DNA of 51,297 nucleotides from a virus (taxonomy: Duplodnaviria; Caudoviricetes): IMG/VR virus record IMGVR_UViG_3300013111_000216, positions 1 through 51,297 of that record; one strand, written 5' to 3'. The notes under the pieces are model-generated. The model was not told where the DNA came from and made no database searches. It saw nothing but the letters and a program-made list of their open reading frames with translations. This document shows positions 1 through 10,666 of this stretch, in pieces. The first letter of the stretch is position 1. The number at the start of each line of letters is the position of its first letter. The translations under genes and the position numbers were made by a program.

Positions 1-119
1 TCATACCCGTCAATTAGTTTCTCTTGTAGCACAATTCCTTTTATAAAATCAACAAGATCCTCGTTCACAGAGGTCATCTTCCCGTCTTCGCCTAATTCGT
101 GATTGAATAAAACACTATA
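1..119. repeat. Direct terminal overlap, identical to 51179-51297 (circular assembly)
   Basis: Exact 119-bp match between the two ends; the giant ORF reads in frame through the join. Confidence 0.95.
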
Positions 120-3100
120 TTGACTACTTGACATACTTATTGTAATAGGATCAACATGCTTATTAGGTAATGGATGAATCAACAACTCTTCTTTTTCTGG
201 ATAATAAAAAGTATTCATTAAAGCACTTTTTCTAGTAGAAGATTCGTTTGGATCAGCTGTCTCGGCATATATGGCTTCAAACGTAAGCATAAGATTTACA
301 TAGTCATCACGCTTTCTATAAATATCCATACTCACCGATTCAGACTTACGAAAAGGAAGCGCCACTTCATAAGGACCAAGCGTAACAGAATCCAAGAAAT
401 TAACTTTCCTAATCATCTCCCGCAATGAAAAGTGTTCTGGAAAATATGCTCTTAAAACTTCCGCTAGGAGATGTTTCTTCGGAAGGGCTAGATGCATATG
501 ATCACCTTCCTCTACAAAATCCTTTACATAGTCAGCAGGTCTTTGATTAAACTTCAACGGTGTTACGTCATAAAGCTCTTGCAACTTAACACTATTTGAA
601 ATATTCACCGGGATAACTTGATCGTATTCCGAACCTCTTTTATCATATATATGAACCTGAGCTAAACCACTTACCATCATTCTATCTTTTGCATAAGATT
701 CTTGATACTTTAAATCTTTTTTCTCAACAGAGATATGACCAATTACAACTGGTTCGTTGCTATTAGAATTAATAGCTACCACGTCTCCTTCAAAGGTATT
801 GTATCCAGTACTACTTACTTCTTCTATGTCCATTCTAGTTGTCCCATAACGAGACAAATTAATTCCATCTGTTTCAACCAAAAGCAAATCACCCGGCATG
901 TCGTCGAAGTCAGGCCCGAGAATCATATCTGGATATTCTTCAGCTATAGAATACAACCCTGCTGAGTGAATAGTTCCACGATCAATCCCGTATATCTCCA
1001 ACGCCTTAATATAATCCTTGATGGGCATTCTGTCTTTCTTGCGGAACACTTTGATAGGAGACTTAGGATTCCCCAGAGATGCCATTGCTTTGGCTGCTTT
1101 TGTTTTGTAGAAAAACTCAGCTACAGTCTTATTAAGTTCGCTATGATGCGGTGCTTGGAAGAGAGCAAATCCTTTACCCTTTCGCTCTTCGGCTAGCAAC
1201 CGAGCGTTGGAGCGTTCCACGTATTCTTTATTAAGATCGAATCCAACAAAGTGACGACCATTCTCAGCAGAGATTTTACCAACTGTGCCAGAGCCAGAGA
1301 ACGGATCAACAACCACGTCGCCGGGATCTGTAGCTTCATCGATGAATAGTTGAGCAAGACTACGAGGCATTGGCGCAGGGTGCCATGGGATATTAGCTGG
1401 TGCTCCTTCTACCACATCCCCACGTACGTAGGGCTCACCTTCTTTTCCCTGTATCTTCTTGGTGTGATACTTTGGCTTCTTACTTTTCGATAAGACAAAG
1501 ATATCCTCAGTCAACTGTGTAGGTGCGCCTTCCCTTTTACGCCGAGTATTCGTCTTCCGCCAGCGGGTCTTGGAAAACACATGGAGACCGACGTCTTGAG
1601 CCAACACAGCAAGTTTCTCAGGAGTGAGGAAGAATTCACCTTGGCGGGTGTCACTAATATTGATCACCATTACGCCGTCTTCTTTCAACACACGCTGAGA
1701 GCGGATAAGAACATGCTTCATGTATTCTAGATATTGTTCCTCAGTGTCAACACGACCAAGATCACCCTCACCAATATCATAGTCAATATGCTTCTTTCCA
1801 AAGTACGGAGGGGATGTTATAATCGCCTGGACGGTTCCTTCTTCTATCTGAGCCAACCCGTGAACTGCGTCAAACTGATAGTGACGATCTACGTCGAGGT
1901 TTCCTATGATTGGTGTACTATCAGCTTCTTCATCTGCCTTCTCTATCAACCAGAAGATATACTCAGGTAGAGTGTCGTAAACTAAATCGATCTCCTCCTT
2001 GTTAAGTAACTGAAGTTCTTGCAAACGGTAGTATTCAAACAGCTCTGAGAATTTAGTAAAGTCAGCCTGAACCTCTCCGCCATTCAAATCTTGAAGAAGT
2101 ATCTCCTCACTCCGTCCTGCCTCTTTCGAGAGAATGAAGTCGGTCATTTTACCTTCAACGACAAACGCTTGGAGGTGATCCTCTATGTATTCATCAATGG
2201 ATTTGTCTTCAGAAACTGCCATTGCTCGTAAGAGGTACTCCGCAATGTCTGCTTGGAGCTTAGCTTGTTTCCTCGTAGCAGGCTTCCGGCGGGTGGCACC
2301 GCGAGCTTCTGGGTCTTCGATAGATACAGTCTTACCAGACTCTGGGTCAGTTACTTTTCCTTCATAATAAGGATTTGTCTGCGCATGACGGATGATCATA
2401 TCTCGGATATTACGCAGAGTTGGTACGGCTGTTCCCTCGTATAAGCGCACGTCTGAGCGGTCGAAGTGGATTAGATCACCATCTTTATCCCCCTTCACCC
2501 TGCCTTGATACACGTTGTCGTCAAGTTGTCTAACAACCTCAATGAGTGACGACCCATCCCTCAGCTCGACAACTTCCCCAACGTTATAGTATGCCGGCAC
2601 CATATCTGCACGCCGGACACGTTCCATCAGACGCTTAGCGATTATGTTAGATGCTTTCCTATCAGGGTCTTTCTCCTCATACTTCTGACCAAATTGACGT
2701 TGGAGGGGAGTAGCTGCCCCGCCACCAATAGCCCCTGCCACCGCACCTGTTGTACCCGCATAGAGAGCCCCTTCAACTGGGTCAGGTAAGTCACCCTCTT
2801 CCAGTTCAAGACCAAGCTCTTTTTCGAGATACCTCTTCATTATCGCCTGCTGGCCGAGAAAAGCTATGACTTCCTCTGCTCCTTCAATCGGCGCAGCCTT
2901 GGTAGCATTCTCGATACCTTGTGCCCAGGCGTTCATCAACCCCTTAGCATACGGCTTGTCCAAGAACCCAAGAGCCCGAACAAAGAACAGATCGCCCGCA
3001 GCCTCAGAACCAAGCTCTACTGCACCAGCCATGTTGCCATATTCCATCAGCTTTTCACGGCCCTCGAGAATCTTCTGATCTATCTGTTCTTCAGACAAAC

Positions 3101-3869
3101 CCTCTCGAGCATAGATGTGCCTAGCTGTACGTTCGGTACTGTCAATAAGATCCTTCTTTGCGGAATAGAAGAACATTCCGTAACGACCTAAGTTGGCCGC
3201 AAACTGGCCAACTCGTGCTGCCGCTGGCATGTTCCTGGTAGTCGCTGCAGTGGATAGAAACGCTCCTACACCCAACGGCCAAGTCGGGGCACTAGACCCT
3301 ACGGAAGTTATATTAGTTCTCAATCCGTTGAAAATATGATCTTCAACTGAATCATACTCGAAATAAGATCTACTCTCCTCCGACATCTGAGAGCCAAACT
3401 TCTGGAACTCTTCTACGTTTATTTCCGTCTCTTCGCCTTCAAACATCTGAGGCGGCATATAGCCTTTTTCTCTCACGTCAGCATTTACAACGTGTTGGAA
3501 AATTGCTTTGGCATTATCATCGAATTCAAACCAAGCACCATAACCTTCTATCACTTCACCCATCGCAGCTTCAGGAATCTTAGCAAACTCCTGCATCATA
3601 GGCATTGGTTTTCTATAGTAATTAATAAAGTGATTCCACTCTTCCCAAGATAGATCCTCTTTATAAATATTATAAGCATCTTGACGCATTTCGGGGTTGA
3701 CTGAAAGAATATCCATCCACTCCTGGGGTTCTTTCGTCTGTCGACCCTCCGCAGCACCGATGTCGAGGTACTTTTGATAAGCTGCGTCGAAGTCAATCTT
3801 AGGCTTTTCTGCTCGCCGTCCTACTTCCTTCGCGACGAATCGAAGCATAGGATTTATGTATTCAGGCAT
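1..3869 (-). CDS. N-terminal part of a giant (~2,712 aa) polyvalent virion/ejection protein with an embedded beta-class N4-C/N6-A DNA methyltransferase domain; continues at 51178
   Basis: ATG at 3869 overlaps the upstream TAA (TAATG). Absent from the ORF track, consistent with no stop before the edge. Same frame as 46909..51255 (51255 maps to position 77). IITSPPYF at ~1803-1814; HPAPMP and VVDPFSGSGT at ~1287-1307. Confidence 0.85.
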   Translation of the reverse strand, partial: MPEYINPMLRFVAKEVGRRAEKPKIDFDAAYQKYLDIGAAEGRQTKEPQEWMDILSVNPEMRQDAYNIYKEDLSWEEWNHFINYYRKPMPMMQEFAKIPEAAMGEVIEGYGAWFEFDDNAKAIFQHVVNADVREKGYMPPQMFEGEETEINVEEFQKFGSQMSEESRSYFEYDSVEDHIFNGLRTNITSVGSSAPTWPLGVGAFLSTAATTRNMPAAARVGQFAANLGRYGMFFYSAKKDLIDSTERTARHIYAREGLSEEQIDQKILEGREKLMEYGNMAGAVELGSEAAGDLFFVRALGFLDKPYAKGLMNAWAQGIENATKAAPIEGAEEVIAFLGQQAIMKRYLEKELGLELEEGDLPDPVEGALYAGTTGAVAGAIGGGAATPLQRQFGQKYEEKDPDRKASNIIAKRLMERVRRADMVPAYYNVGEVVELRDGSSLIEVVRQLDDNVYQGRVKGDKDGDLIHFDRSDVRLYEGTAVPTLRNIRDMIIRHAQTNPYYEGKVTDPESGKTVSIEDPEARGATRRKPATRKQAKLQADIAEYLLRAMAVSEDKSIDEYIEDHLQAFVVEGKMTDFILSKEAGRSEEILLQDLNGGEVQADFTKFSELFEYYRLQELQLLNKEEIDLVYDTLPEYIFWLIEKADEEADSTPIIGNLDVDRHYQFDAVHGLAQIEEGTVQAIITSPPYFGKKHIDYDIGEGDLGRVDTEEQYLEYMKHVLIRSQRVLKEDGVMVINISDTRQGEFFLTPEKLAVLAQDVGLHVFSKTRWRKTNTRRKREGAPTQLTEDIFVLSKSKKPKYHTKKIQGKEGEPYVRGDVVEGAPANIPWHPAPMPRSLAQLFIDEATDPGDVVVDPFSGSGTVGKISAENGRHFVGFDLNKEYVERSNARLLAEERKGKGFALFQAPHHSELNKTVAEFFYKTKAAKAMASLGNPKSPIKVFRKKDRMPIKDYIKALEIYGIDRGTIHSAGLYSIAEEYPDMILGPDFDDMPGDLLLVETDGINLSRYGTTRMDIEEVSSTGYNTFEGDVVAINSNSNEPVVIGHISVEKKDLKYQESYAKDRMMVSGLAQVHIYDKRGSEYDQVIPVNISNSVKLQELYDVTPLKFNQRPADYVKDFVEEGDHMHLALPKKHLLAEVLRAYFPEHFSLREMIRKVNFLDSVTLGPYEVALPFRKSESVSMDIYRKRDDYVNLMLTFEAIYAETADPNESSTRKSALMNTFYYPEKEELLIHPLPNKHVDPITISMSSSQYSVLFNHELGEDGKMTSVNEDLVDFIKGIVLQEKLIDGY

Positions 3870-4807
3870 TATTCAGTCCCAGTCTCTGCACCTAAGTACG
3901 GGAAATCAAAACTATCCAAAATCTGTCTGGCCCTGACTTGCTCTTCTTCTGAAGGGGTGAAGGGTTTAACTGTCCCATCAGCCTCCATCCGGCGAACCAT
4001 CCTGCCATTGGCAATATCGTTGAGTTGCTTGAAGTACGTTGCCCATCCCTTACTGTACATACCCTGAGCGCGGCTGATATCCGGGAGTAATCCGGAAGAG
4101 CTAGCTACCGTAACTGCGCCCATCATTCTGTCGTTGGTAGAACGAGGGGCTCGTGTACCCCCGGCGTTTTCGAGAGATAGTGCTTTGAAGAATACGTCTT
4201 CGTTTATATCATATACAACTTTGCCTGTTTCTGGATCTGTGCGCGACATAACTCCGGGGACCTGAGTTTGATCGAATTCTTGTATAGCCGCACCTATTGC
4301 TTCGGTTTCCTTCTTTGTCTTACTAGTCTCAGCCTCTATATTCTCTATCTTAATCTCTTCCATACGATCTTCGATATCTGCCAACTGCTGGTCAATATCA
4401 ACCTTGGCTTGTTCCATTAGAGCTTGGTGAGCAAACATGGTTTCTTGGAACTCGAATTGATTCCGTTGGATCATTGCGTCTTGAACCTGCTTCTGCTGAG
4501 TTGGATCAAGGATCTCGAGATCATCAGGGTTTGGTTGGTATCCTTGGTTAACCTCATCAATGGCTTTTGCCAAGACCTCCTGCCCAGCACTCTGCAGAGC
4601 ATAGTCAGCGATTGTCTGGACGGCTTTGTTCTCTGGGGCGAAAGCCTTGCCGAGAGTAGCCAGTCCCATTGCGCGCTTAGCGGGCATGGTTGCGGATTTT
4701 CCTATATCCTCTGGCATCACACCCATAGGGGCTTTTTCCATAGGATTAAATGTTGTAGTCAGTGGTGGGTTCACAGGTTTCTTAAATCTAATCGTTCTTT
4801 CTTCCAT
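3869..4807 (-). CDS. Putative internal virion/ejection protein (helical, Q/E-rich)
   Basis: Lies between tail-tube genes and the giant protein; coiled-coil-like middle; GGAGG RBS before ATG 4807. Confidence 0.5.
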   Translation of the reverse strand: MEERTIRFKKPVNPPLTTTFNPMEKAPMGVMPEDIGKSATMPAKRAMGLATLGKAFAPENKAVQTIADYALQSAGQEVLAKAIDEVNQGYQPNPDDLEILDPTQQKQVQDAMIQRNQFEFQETMFAHQALMEQAKVDIDQQLADIEDRMEEIKIENIEAETSKTKKETEAIGAAIQEFDQTQVPGVMSRTDPETGKVVYDINEDVFFKALSLENAGGTRAPRSTNDRMMGAVTVASSSGLLPDISRAQGMYSKGWATYFKQLNDIANGRMVRRMEADGTVKPFTPSEEEQVRARQILDSFDFPYLGAETGTE

Positions 4808-4827
4808 CTCTCTATCCTCCAAGCGGT

Positions 4828-4842
4828 GTTACATTTTGTAAC
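4828..4842. promoter_or_regulatory. parS-like palindrome copy 1 (GTTACA-TTT-TGTAAC)
   Basis: Inverted repeat, intergenic; one of 10 copies. Confidence 0.7.
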
Positions 4843-4849
4843 ACTTCTT

Positions 4850-6535
4850 TTATCCGTTTAAGAATCCTGCCAATATACCGGCGGTTATTGCAACTGGAGC
4901 ACCGCCGGGTATCGCCGCCATTGCTGCTTCTGGCAACGCAGCTGCGGCCAAACCACCTCCGATACCACCACCGATCGTCTCAGCCATAGTTGGTTTCGTA
5001 CCCCCGACCGAAGATGTAGCACCCGCCATACCAGCCACGATGTTAGAATACTCCTGCCACATATCCATAGGATAACCCATAAAGTTATTTTCCCAAGCGG
5101 CTTTTTCTTTATACCACTTTATTATATCATCGTGATTAGACTTATCTCTCAGATATTGGTTATGAGTATATGTTTGATAAAGACCGGCCCACTGCGCTTT
5201 ATTCGACGCATAAGCCAAGCCGGTAGTCTTGACAAAGTCAGTTCCTGTCGTTCTACTATTAGCTTTATCCGCTACGAAACTCCTCAACGAGGTATCGAGA
5301 ATTCCTTTGAAAGCATTCAACCAATTTGAAACACCCTCGTCCCCCGACTTAACAAGATTATTAAACCCTGACGACTCATGCTGTGCGAGTGTCCCCAGTG
5401 CATTAGCATAGATCTGAGGGAACGTCAAGTATGCTTGCAACCAAGTTTTAAGGGCAGTATCTTTGAGTGCCGCAAAAGTTGAGAGATACTGCTGGAGATA
5501 ACTGAAGTAGTTCGAGATATACACTTGTAGTGCAGTAGTAAAAGTTGAGATAAACTGGTCGTGGGTTTTATAGAATATCTCTTTCTCTAACTCTGCCCGA
5601 AACTGGGTGATTTGCTTAGAATGATCACTCTCGATCGTAGCCATACCCACCCAGAAAGCCAGTCCGTTAGATGCATTCGCTTCAACAGCTGAACTAGCGA
5701 ATCTGTTCTTAGAACGATAAAACTCGTTTTCGAGGTTACTTTCAAAAGCATCAACGATGGAGTCAATCACAGTGTCATCAATAGCCGCCTGAGCAACTGT
5801 GAGAGCTTGGGTAAATGCCAGTTGGATATAGTTATCTGTGTCGTTCAAGAGTAGGTTAATTGCCTTAGTAACCCCCGAGTCCAACATAGTATCTGCGCGA
5901 CCGTCTGCTTCGTTGGTTGTAGTAAACAACTCTAGCCGTGAAGCATTCCCCGCCGCCAGACTAGCAGATATTATATCCGTATCTGCCTGAGTATTCGCAT
6001 CATCGAACACCGACTTAACCAACGGGTCATCATCTACCACGCCAAGAACACTACGCGCAGACGAGAGAAAACTCGTCATGAGTCCTCTGGAAGATGAACC
6101 GAAACCCGCTGATTGTGTTGCTTGAGCAAGACCAAAAATGAAGGCCGTTGCATCTATCTGTTCCATCCACTCTTCTGTATTATCAACCCAGGTTCCTACC
6201 TCGCCAGTATCAAAAGAGTCGATAAAATGTTGCTCGAGATAATCTCTCCAGTAAGCAAAAGCATAGCTTATGGAATTCACGACGTTGTTTAGATTATCTG
6301 AATTGAATCTAGATTGTGTACTAGACTCTTGTGGGCCTGCTCTACCCTCAATATCTGTGGTAGTAACATCTGTAGTAAACCCAGTTGTATCCCAAGGGTT
6401 GAAGGTATCACCTATTCTGTCGTAGACAAAATCATCCATCCAGTTCATACGAGTCAACAAGGTAGTCCGCAACGGATCACCCGCCGATCCCCACAACCAC
6501 GAGGAGACACCGCCTCCACTGCTTCCACCAGACAT
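4850..6535 (-). CDS. Putative DNA ejection/pilot protein
   Basis: Gly/Ser-rich N-terminus, helical body, Gly/Ala-rich hydrophobic C-terminus typical of podophage ejection proteins; gene position. Confidence 0.5.
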   Translation of the reverse strand: MSGGSSGGGVSSWLWGSAGDPLRTTLLTRMNWMDDFVYDRIGDTFNPWDTTGFTTDVTTTDIEGRAGPQESSTQSRFNSDNLNNVVNSISYAFAYWRDYLEQHFIDSFDTGEVGTWVDNTEEWMEQIDATAFIFGLAQATQSAGFGSSSRGLMTSFLSSARSVLGVVDDDPLVKSVFDDANTQADTDIISASLAAGNASRLELFTTTNEADGRADTMLDSGVTKAINLLLNDTDNYIQLAFTQALTVAQAAIDDTVIDSIVDAFESNLENEFYRSKNRFASSAVEANASNGLAFWVGMATIESDHSKQITQFRAELEKEIFYKTHDQFISTFTTALQVYISNYFSYLQQYLSTFAALKDTALKTWLQAYLTFPQIYANALGTLAQHESSGFNNLVKSGDEGVSNWLNAFKGILDTSLRSFVADKANSRTTGTDFVKTTGLAYASNKAQWAGLYQTYTHNQYLRDKSNHDDIIKWYKEKAAWENNFMGYPMDMWQEYSNIVAGMAGATSSVGGTKPTMAETIGGGIGGGLAAAALPEAAMAAIPGGAPVAITAGILAGFLNG

Positions 6536-6536
6536 T

Positions 6537-6953
6537 TTATATCTCCTTGTAACAGTACCGCTGCTCCACAGCACCGAATCTTTGTAAGAACTTAGACCAT
6601 GCTTCGGTAGTATACGTTGCTATCCCGGAGCACCCAGCCTCTTTTGCATATTCAATTAGTTCGAGAAAGCCCTCTTTTAGGACTTCCTTCTCCAACCTAT
6701 CATCGGCTGGTATGATCATATAGATTAACATAGTCTTCTTTGATAGAATCTCATCCTGGGTGTAGTTTACTAACACACTCCCATAGATCTTCTGCTTCTC
6801 TTCATTAACAAGAACAAAAGCTTCTAAGTGTGAGGTAATCAAAGCGACGCGGATTCTCTCAGCATTCTCTCCTGCGCCTACTAATTCTTTTACCACATGA
6901 CCGTTGGTTTCCCAAAACAGATCAACGTTCGTCGGCAGCACTCGTACTAGCAC
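6537..6953 (-). CDS. Small GNAT-like virion assembly protein
   Basis: 138 aa; pattern LIEYAKEAGCSGIATYT..FLQRFG resembles a GNAT C-terminus; follows the tail-tube gene as in P22/T7-type layouts. Confidence 0.4.
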   Translation of the reverse strand: MLVRVLPTNVDLFWETNGHVVKELVGAGENAERIRVALITSHLEAFVLVNEEKQKIYGSVLVNYTQDEILSKKTMLIYMIIPADDRLEKEVLKEGFLELIEYAKEAGCSGIATYTTEAWSKFLQRFGAVEQRYCYKEI

Positions 6954-8517
6954 GGATACCTCGATAGTAGGTTTTGTCTTCTGGTTGGACGCGTACTTCG
7001 ATTTTGTGAATCTCGACGTCGTTCGAAGGGTCTAACCCCTCCACCTGGATCTTAAACTCTTTACCAGACAAACCGACGAAGACAGCCCCTTCCTTGTTCA
7101 CATCCTTAACCCGGCTGGTATAGATCTCCCCATCTTGCTCATACCGCGTACCTACGGTAACTTGAATATGATCCAAATCCTTGCCGCGGAACAAGATCCA
7201 TGTTATCTTCTTGTTCCCACTATAACCGAAGTCCATCCACTCAGTGGTTGCCTCAACCGTTAAGGAGAAAGTCCTTCGGCCATATAACAGACTCTCGCCG
7301 CTAGGCTTAGAAGTCACACCTGTTATCCGATAAGGGATGTTGAACAACTTACTACTTTCCTTCAGTACAAACTGCTCTTCGCCGTTTCCGATATAGAAAT
7401 AGCCCGAATCGTTGTCATACGACATCGCCACAAGGCTAAGATCTGTCCAAGCATCAAAGAATTCTCTATAACCTAGATTGGTCATCTCTAAATCCCGCCC
7501 AATGTGGATTAGGTAACCCTCGTTTGAGATATAAATAGTTTCATTCAACCCTCTGCACCAAGCACTCCTGGAGATACAACCTGGGAACCTTTGCTCTACA
7601 AAACCATAACCGAAAGTCTGCACAGGACGAACCGCCCGTGTGATTTCTGTCCCTAGTATAAGCAAATATGGATCCATGTCCGACAAACCTACTACCGAAC
7701 CCGCCTCAGGAACCGGCATCCATCCGAGATCCGCCTGTTTCACCTGCTCGTGGAACCAACGCCTCTGCCCCGTTGCACTCGAATAACCGTAGTCATTCTC
7801 TCCAGTTATACCTCTAGTTGCATAATCTGTCTCCCATAGCCACATCAAGTTGCCGCCAACACTACTCCATAGGATCATATGTTCGTCTGGCAACCAGTGT
7901 TGATTCTCCATCCTGAATATACCATCCAAGACAACGTCATAACCGCCTGTTACCCATGACCTCAGCATTTCAAAGAAGCCCTGATTCATCCCTGCGCCTT
8001 GATCAAAGCCGCCAACCACAGTCCTGCCACGATGCGCAGTTATCGTATTCACAATAGGACGGGAGGTGCCGACTATAATCTCGTCCACGCCGTCTCTAAA
8101 AGGACCAAACCAAGGACTAAAGTACAAAATACAACTGCCATTACAGAAGGTACCCGCCTGACCATGATCAGCAAAGTGCCAAGAACCACCTCCTGTTACA
8201 GTAAAAGTAGACGCAGTATTAGAAAATTTCTTAATATCGTCAAATTCTTGAAACTGATTCTGCCCATAAAGATACTGATACACCGCAGTTTTGGTCAAAA
8301 CCCACGTGCGATCAATCCCTCTGAATACCTGCGGGAAAGGCCAGTTGAAATAATCTTCGATTTCAAAATAGTCAGGCCCTGAGAACCTGCGGACGCCATT
8401 CTCGAACGGCTCCAGATTGTTAAGCGAAGTCATACCGGGCACGTTAGTCCGGGCGTCCTCAGCCGTCCGCAGGCCAGCGGTAAAGAAATCAGTTATATCG
8501 TTGCCGTATTCTCTCAT
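6922..8517 (-). CDS. Tail tubular protein B / nozzle (P22 gp10-like)
   Basis: 531 aa, beta-rich, propeller-like; downstream of adaptor and capsid genes. Confidence 0.55.
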   Translation of the reverse strand: MREYGNDITDFFTAGLRTAEDARTNVPGMTSLNNLEPFENGVRRFSGPDYFEIEDYFNWPFPQVFRGIDRTWVLTKTAVYQYLYGQNQFQEFDDIKKFSNTASTFTVTGGGSWHFADHGQAGTFCNGSCILYFSPWFGPFRDGVDEIIVGTSRPIVNTITAHRGRTVVGGFDQGAGMNQGFFEMLRSWVTGGYDVVLDGIFRMENQHWLPDEHMILWSSVGGNLMWLWETDYATRGITGENDYGYSSATGQRRWFHEQVKQADLGWMPVPEAGSVVGLSDMDPYLLILGTEITRAVRPVQTFGYGFVEQRFPGCISRSAWCRGLNETIYISNEGYLIHIGRDLEMTNLGYREFFDAWTDLSLVAMSYDNDSGYFYIGNGEEQFVLKESSKLFNIPYRITGVTSKPSGESLLYGRRTFSLTVEATTEWMDFGYSGNKKITWILFRGKDLDHIQVTVGTRYEQDGEIYTSRVKDVNKEGAVFVGLSGKEFKIQVEGLDPSNDVEIHKIEVRVQPEDKTYYRGIRASTSAADER

Positions 8518-9299
8518 GAGTCAAACCCAGACCATGAATCACCCATCTGAAGTGCCCCAATAGCGGCCATTTCATGCTGGATGGCGTCAAATTCTATGCC
8601 TCGAATGAACGGTTGGAGAGCATTCAGATAGTCGTTATACCCACTGGTATTGCGATTATCAATGGCTTCCAACGCAGCGAGGCTAGCCAAAAGAATCATC
8701 TGAGGATGTCTTGTGATCCAAAACGTCGTTGCTGTATCACTAGTGAGCCAGTCGTCGTAGAAGGTTCCAAGAATCCTTAAAGAAAGATCAGCCTGACAAG
8801 CAGGTGAGACAAGAACTCCGTCGTAACCGAAGTAGTTTCCAAACGACATGTAGCCGGTATCAGGTACATCGGTATAATCTCCGGATACCTTCGCCCGGTA
8901 TTCATTTGAAAGACCAATCGGAATGTAGCTCCAATAGGTAGGGATTCCGTAATCAGCAGAATCCGTCCCATAGGAACACTCCGCTAACATCCAAGTGGTC
9001 TCTTTCGGCTCGACAAAGAAACGACCCTGCTCAGAACTTGAAGCAGTATCGTCGACAACCCACACCTGATCCGCAGATCGCAGGTTTTGGAGATTGAAGA
9101 TATACTCGCCACCAGTGGTTACAGCATCTGAGACATACCACTGTTGCTCTGCTGGTCGCTCAACTAACGAGTCGAGCAGCCGGTGGCCCGCATTGACGTA
9201 TAGGTTACCGATGTATGCTTCATCGTAGCCTAAGTCATTGAGATCCAACCGACCACTCTTGTCGATTAGGAGCTCTCTTATGGTCTTAAGATTGCTCAT
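8514..9299 (-). CDS. Head-tail adaptor / tail tubular protein A
   Basis: Directly after the major capsid gene; HPQMILLASLA-type C-terminal helix typical of adaptors. Confidence 0.55.
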   Translation of the reverse strand: MSNLKTIRELLIDKSGRLDLNDLGYDEAYIGNLYVNAGHRLLDSLVERPAEQQWYVSDAVTTGGEYIFNLQNLRSADQVWVVDDTASSSEQGRFFVEPKETTWMLAECSYGTDSADYGIPTYWSYIPIGLSNEYRAKVSGDYTDVPDTGYMSFGNYFGYDGVLVSPACQADLSLRILGTFYDDWLTSDTATTFWITRHPQMILLASLAALEAIDNRNTSGYNDYLNALQPFIRGIEFDAIQHEMAAIGALQMGDSWSGFDS

Positions 9300-9307
9300 G
9301 TATCACC

Positions 9308-10663
9308 TTACACAACGTTTGCCAGACCAACACCTTCGATCCAGCCCATACGTTCGATGTTGTGGAACTCCCACCCACCTTCGGTGATGTACTGTTCCTT
9401 GACCCCATCCTTACCGGTGGTAGTCACATCCTTCAGCTTGGTGTCACGGTTTTCGCCGTTACCAACCAGCGGACGGAAGTGGATATCTTCCGGCTTGAGG
9501 AACAACATCGTGTTACGCAACGACGCGTGACGGCTCATCAGCGGGGAGATATGAGTGTAGCAAGTACCGAAGTCATTCACCCAACGATTCAGCTGGAAGC
9601 CGTAGTCGATTGTCTGACCTTCGAAGTCGTTCGAGATACGATTCGCACGAGCTAGCTGAGTCAGACCCTTTTGCGCACCGGAACCCAAGAGGACGAAGTA
9701 ATCCGTACCTTTGTTCCAGCGATACAACGATTCCATGGCATCCAGGAGGGCATCGTCACCGTAGTTGAGCCATGCCTGGCTGGAGTAACTGGAGTCGCGG
9801 TGCAGGAGGAAACGGTTGCTGGAAGCGTAATTGCGGAGCATCCAGTCGAAGCCGCCTGTGAGACGCTTTTCTTTGTTGGTCTTGGAATCGGTCATGGTCT
9901 TACGGATACCGTACAGACCAGCCCACTCGATATCCATACCGTGATCGAGAAGCTTCTCACGCTCTTCCTGGTTGAGTGGATCACCGGTTTCGATCTTTGT
10001 CGCCAAAGCGGTACCAGTGAGTTCCAGAGTATTCTGGAAGATTTGCGTGTAGTTGAAAATCTTGGTCGGGATTCGATTGGTAGCTTCGATCGGGTCAGAA
10101 CCTTCACCCGAGGCAGTACCAGTCACCCAGACTTCGTTGCAGTCAGAGAGGTCGAACGAGCAATTTGCATCGTTTTCGCCACGGTCGTCTTCGAGAAGCT
10201 TCACCTTGATGTAGGAGCTAGCTCCGTTAGCCACCGGGTCGTCGACAACTTCAGCCACTGTATCAGCACGTGAGTCACCACCTGCTGCGTTGTAATAGCG
10301 GAAGGTAACAATCTGACCTTCGAGGAACTCGTAGATATCCGCAGAGCCCTCAGTAACAGTTGCGCCCATCTTGCAGTAGAGAATATCATTCTCAGAACCG
10401 CCAGAGGTGTAGGCGCTGGAAAGCGCGACATCAGTGTACAATTCGGTGAATGTACCACCGTGTCCAGCAAGGCGCTGTGTCAGCCAACTGTATTCGGGCG
10501 TCGGAGTTGGAACCACTTCCGAGACCGACTTAATCGCAGTTAGAGGAGCATCGCCATTTGGGTACATCATCATGATCATAGCGCGAAGGTTCTTCACGAG
10601 CTGATCTTCAGCCCACTCCTCAGACGAACGCATCCCGAAGAAGTTCGAGGATACATAGTCCAT
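9308..10663 (-). CDS. Major capsid protein (DUF5309/SU10-like)
   Basis: Motifs NYTQIFQNTLELTGTA, DIEWAGLYG, RLTGG, EQYITEGG; follows the scaffold gene. Confidence 0.8.
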   Translation of the reverse strand: MDYVSSNFFGMRSSEEWAEDQLVKNLRAMIMMMYPNGDAPLTAIKSVSEVVPTPTPEYSWLTQRLAGHGGTFTELYTDVALSSAYTSGGSENDILYCKMGATVTEGSADIYEFLEGQIVTFRYYNAAGGDSRADTVAEVVDDPVANGASSYIKVKLLEDDRGENDANCSFDLSDCNEVWVTGTASGEGSDPIEATNRIPTKIFNYTQIFQNTLELTGTALATKIETGDPLNQEEREKLLDHGMDIEWAGLYGIRKTMTDSKTNKEKRLTGGFDWMLRNYASSNRFLLHRDSSYSSQAWLNYGDDALLDAMESLYRWNKGTDYFVLLGSGAQKGLTQLARANRISNDFEGQTIDYGFQLNRWVNDFGTCYTHISPLMSRHASLRNTMLFLKPEDIHFRPLVGNGENRDTKLKDVTTTGKDGVKEQYITEGGWEFHNIERMGWIEGVGLANVV

Positions 10664-10666
10664 GAT

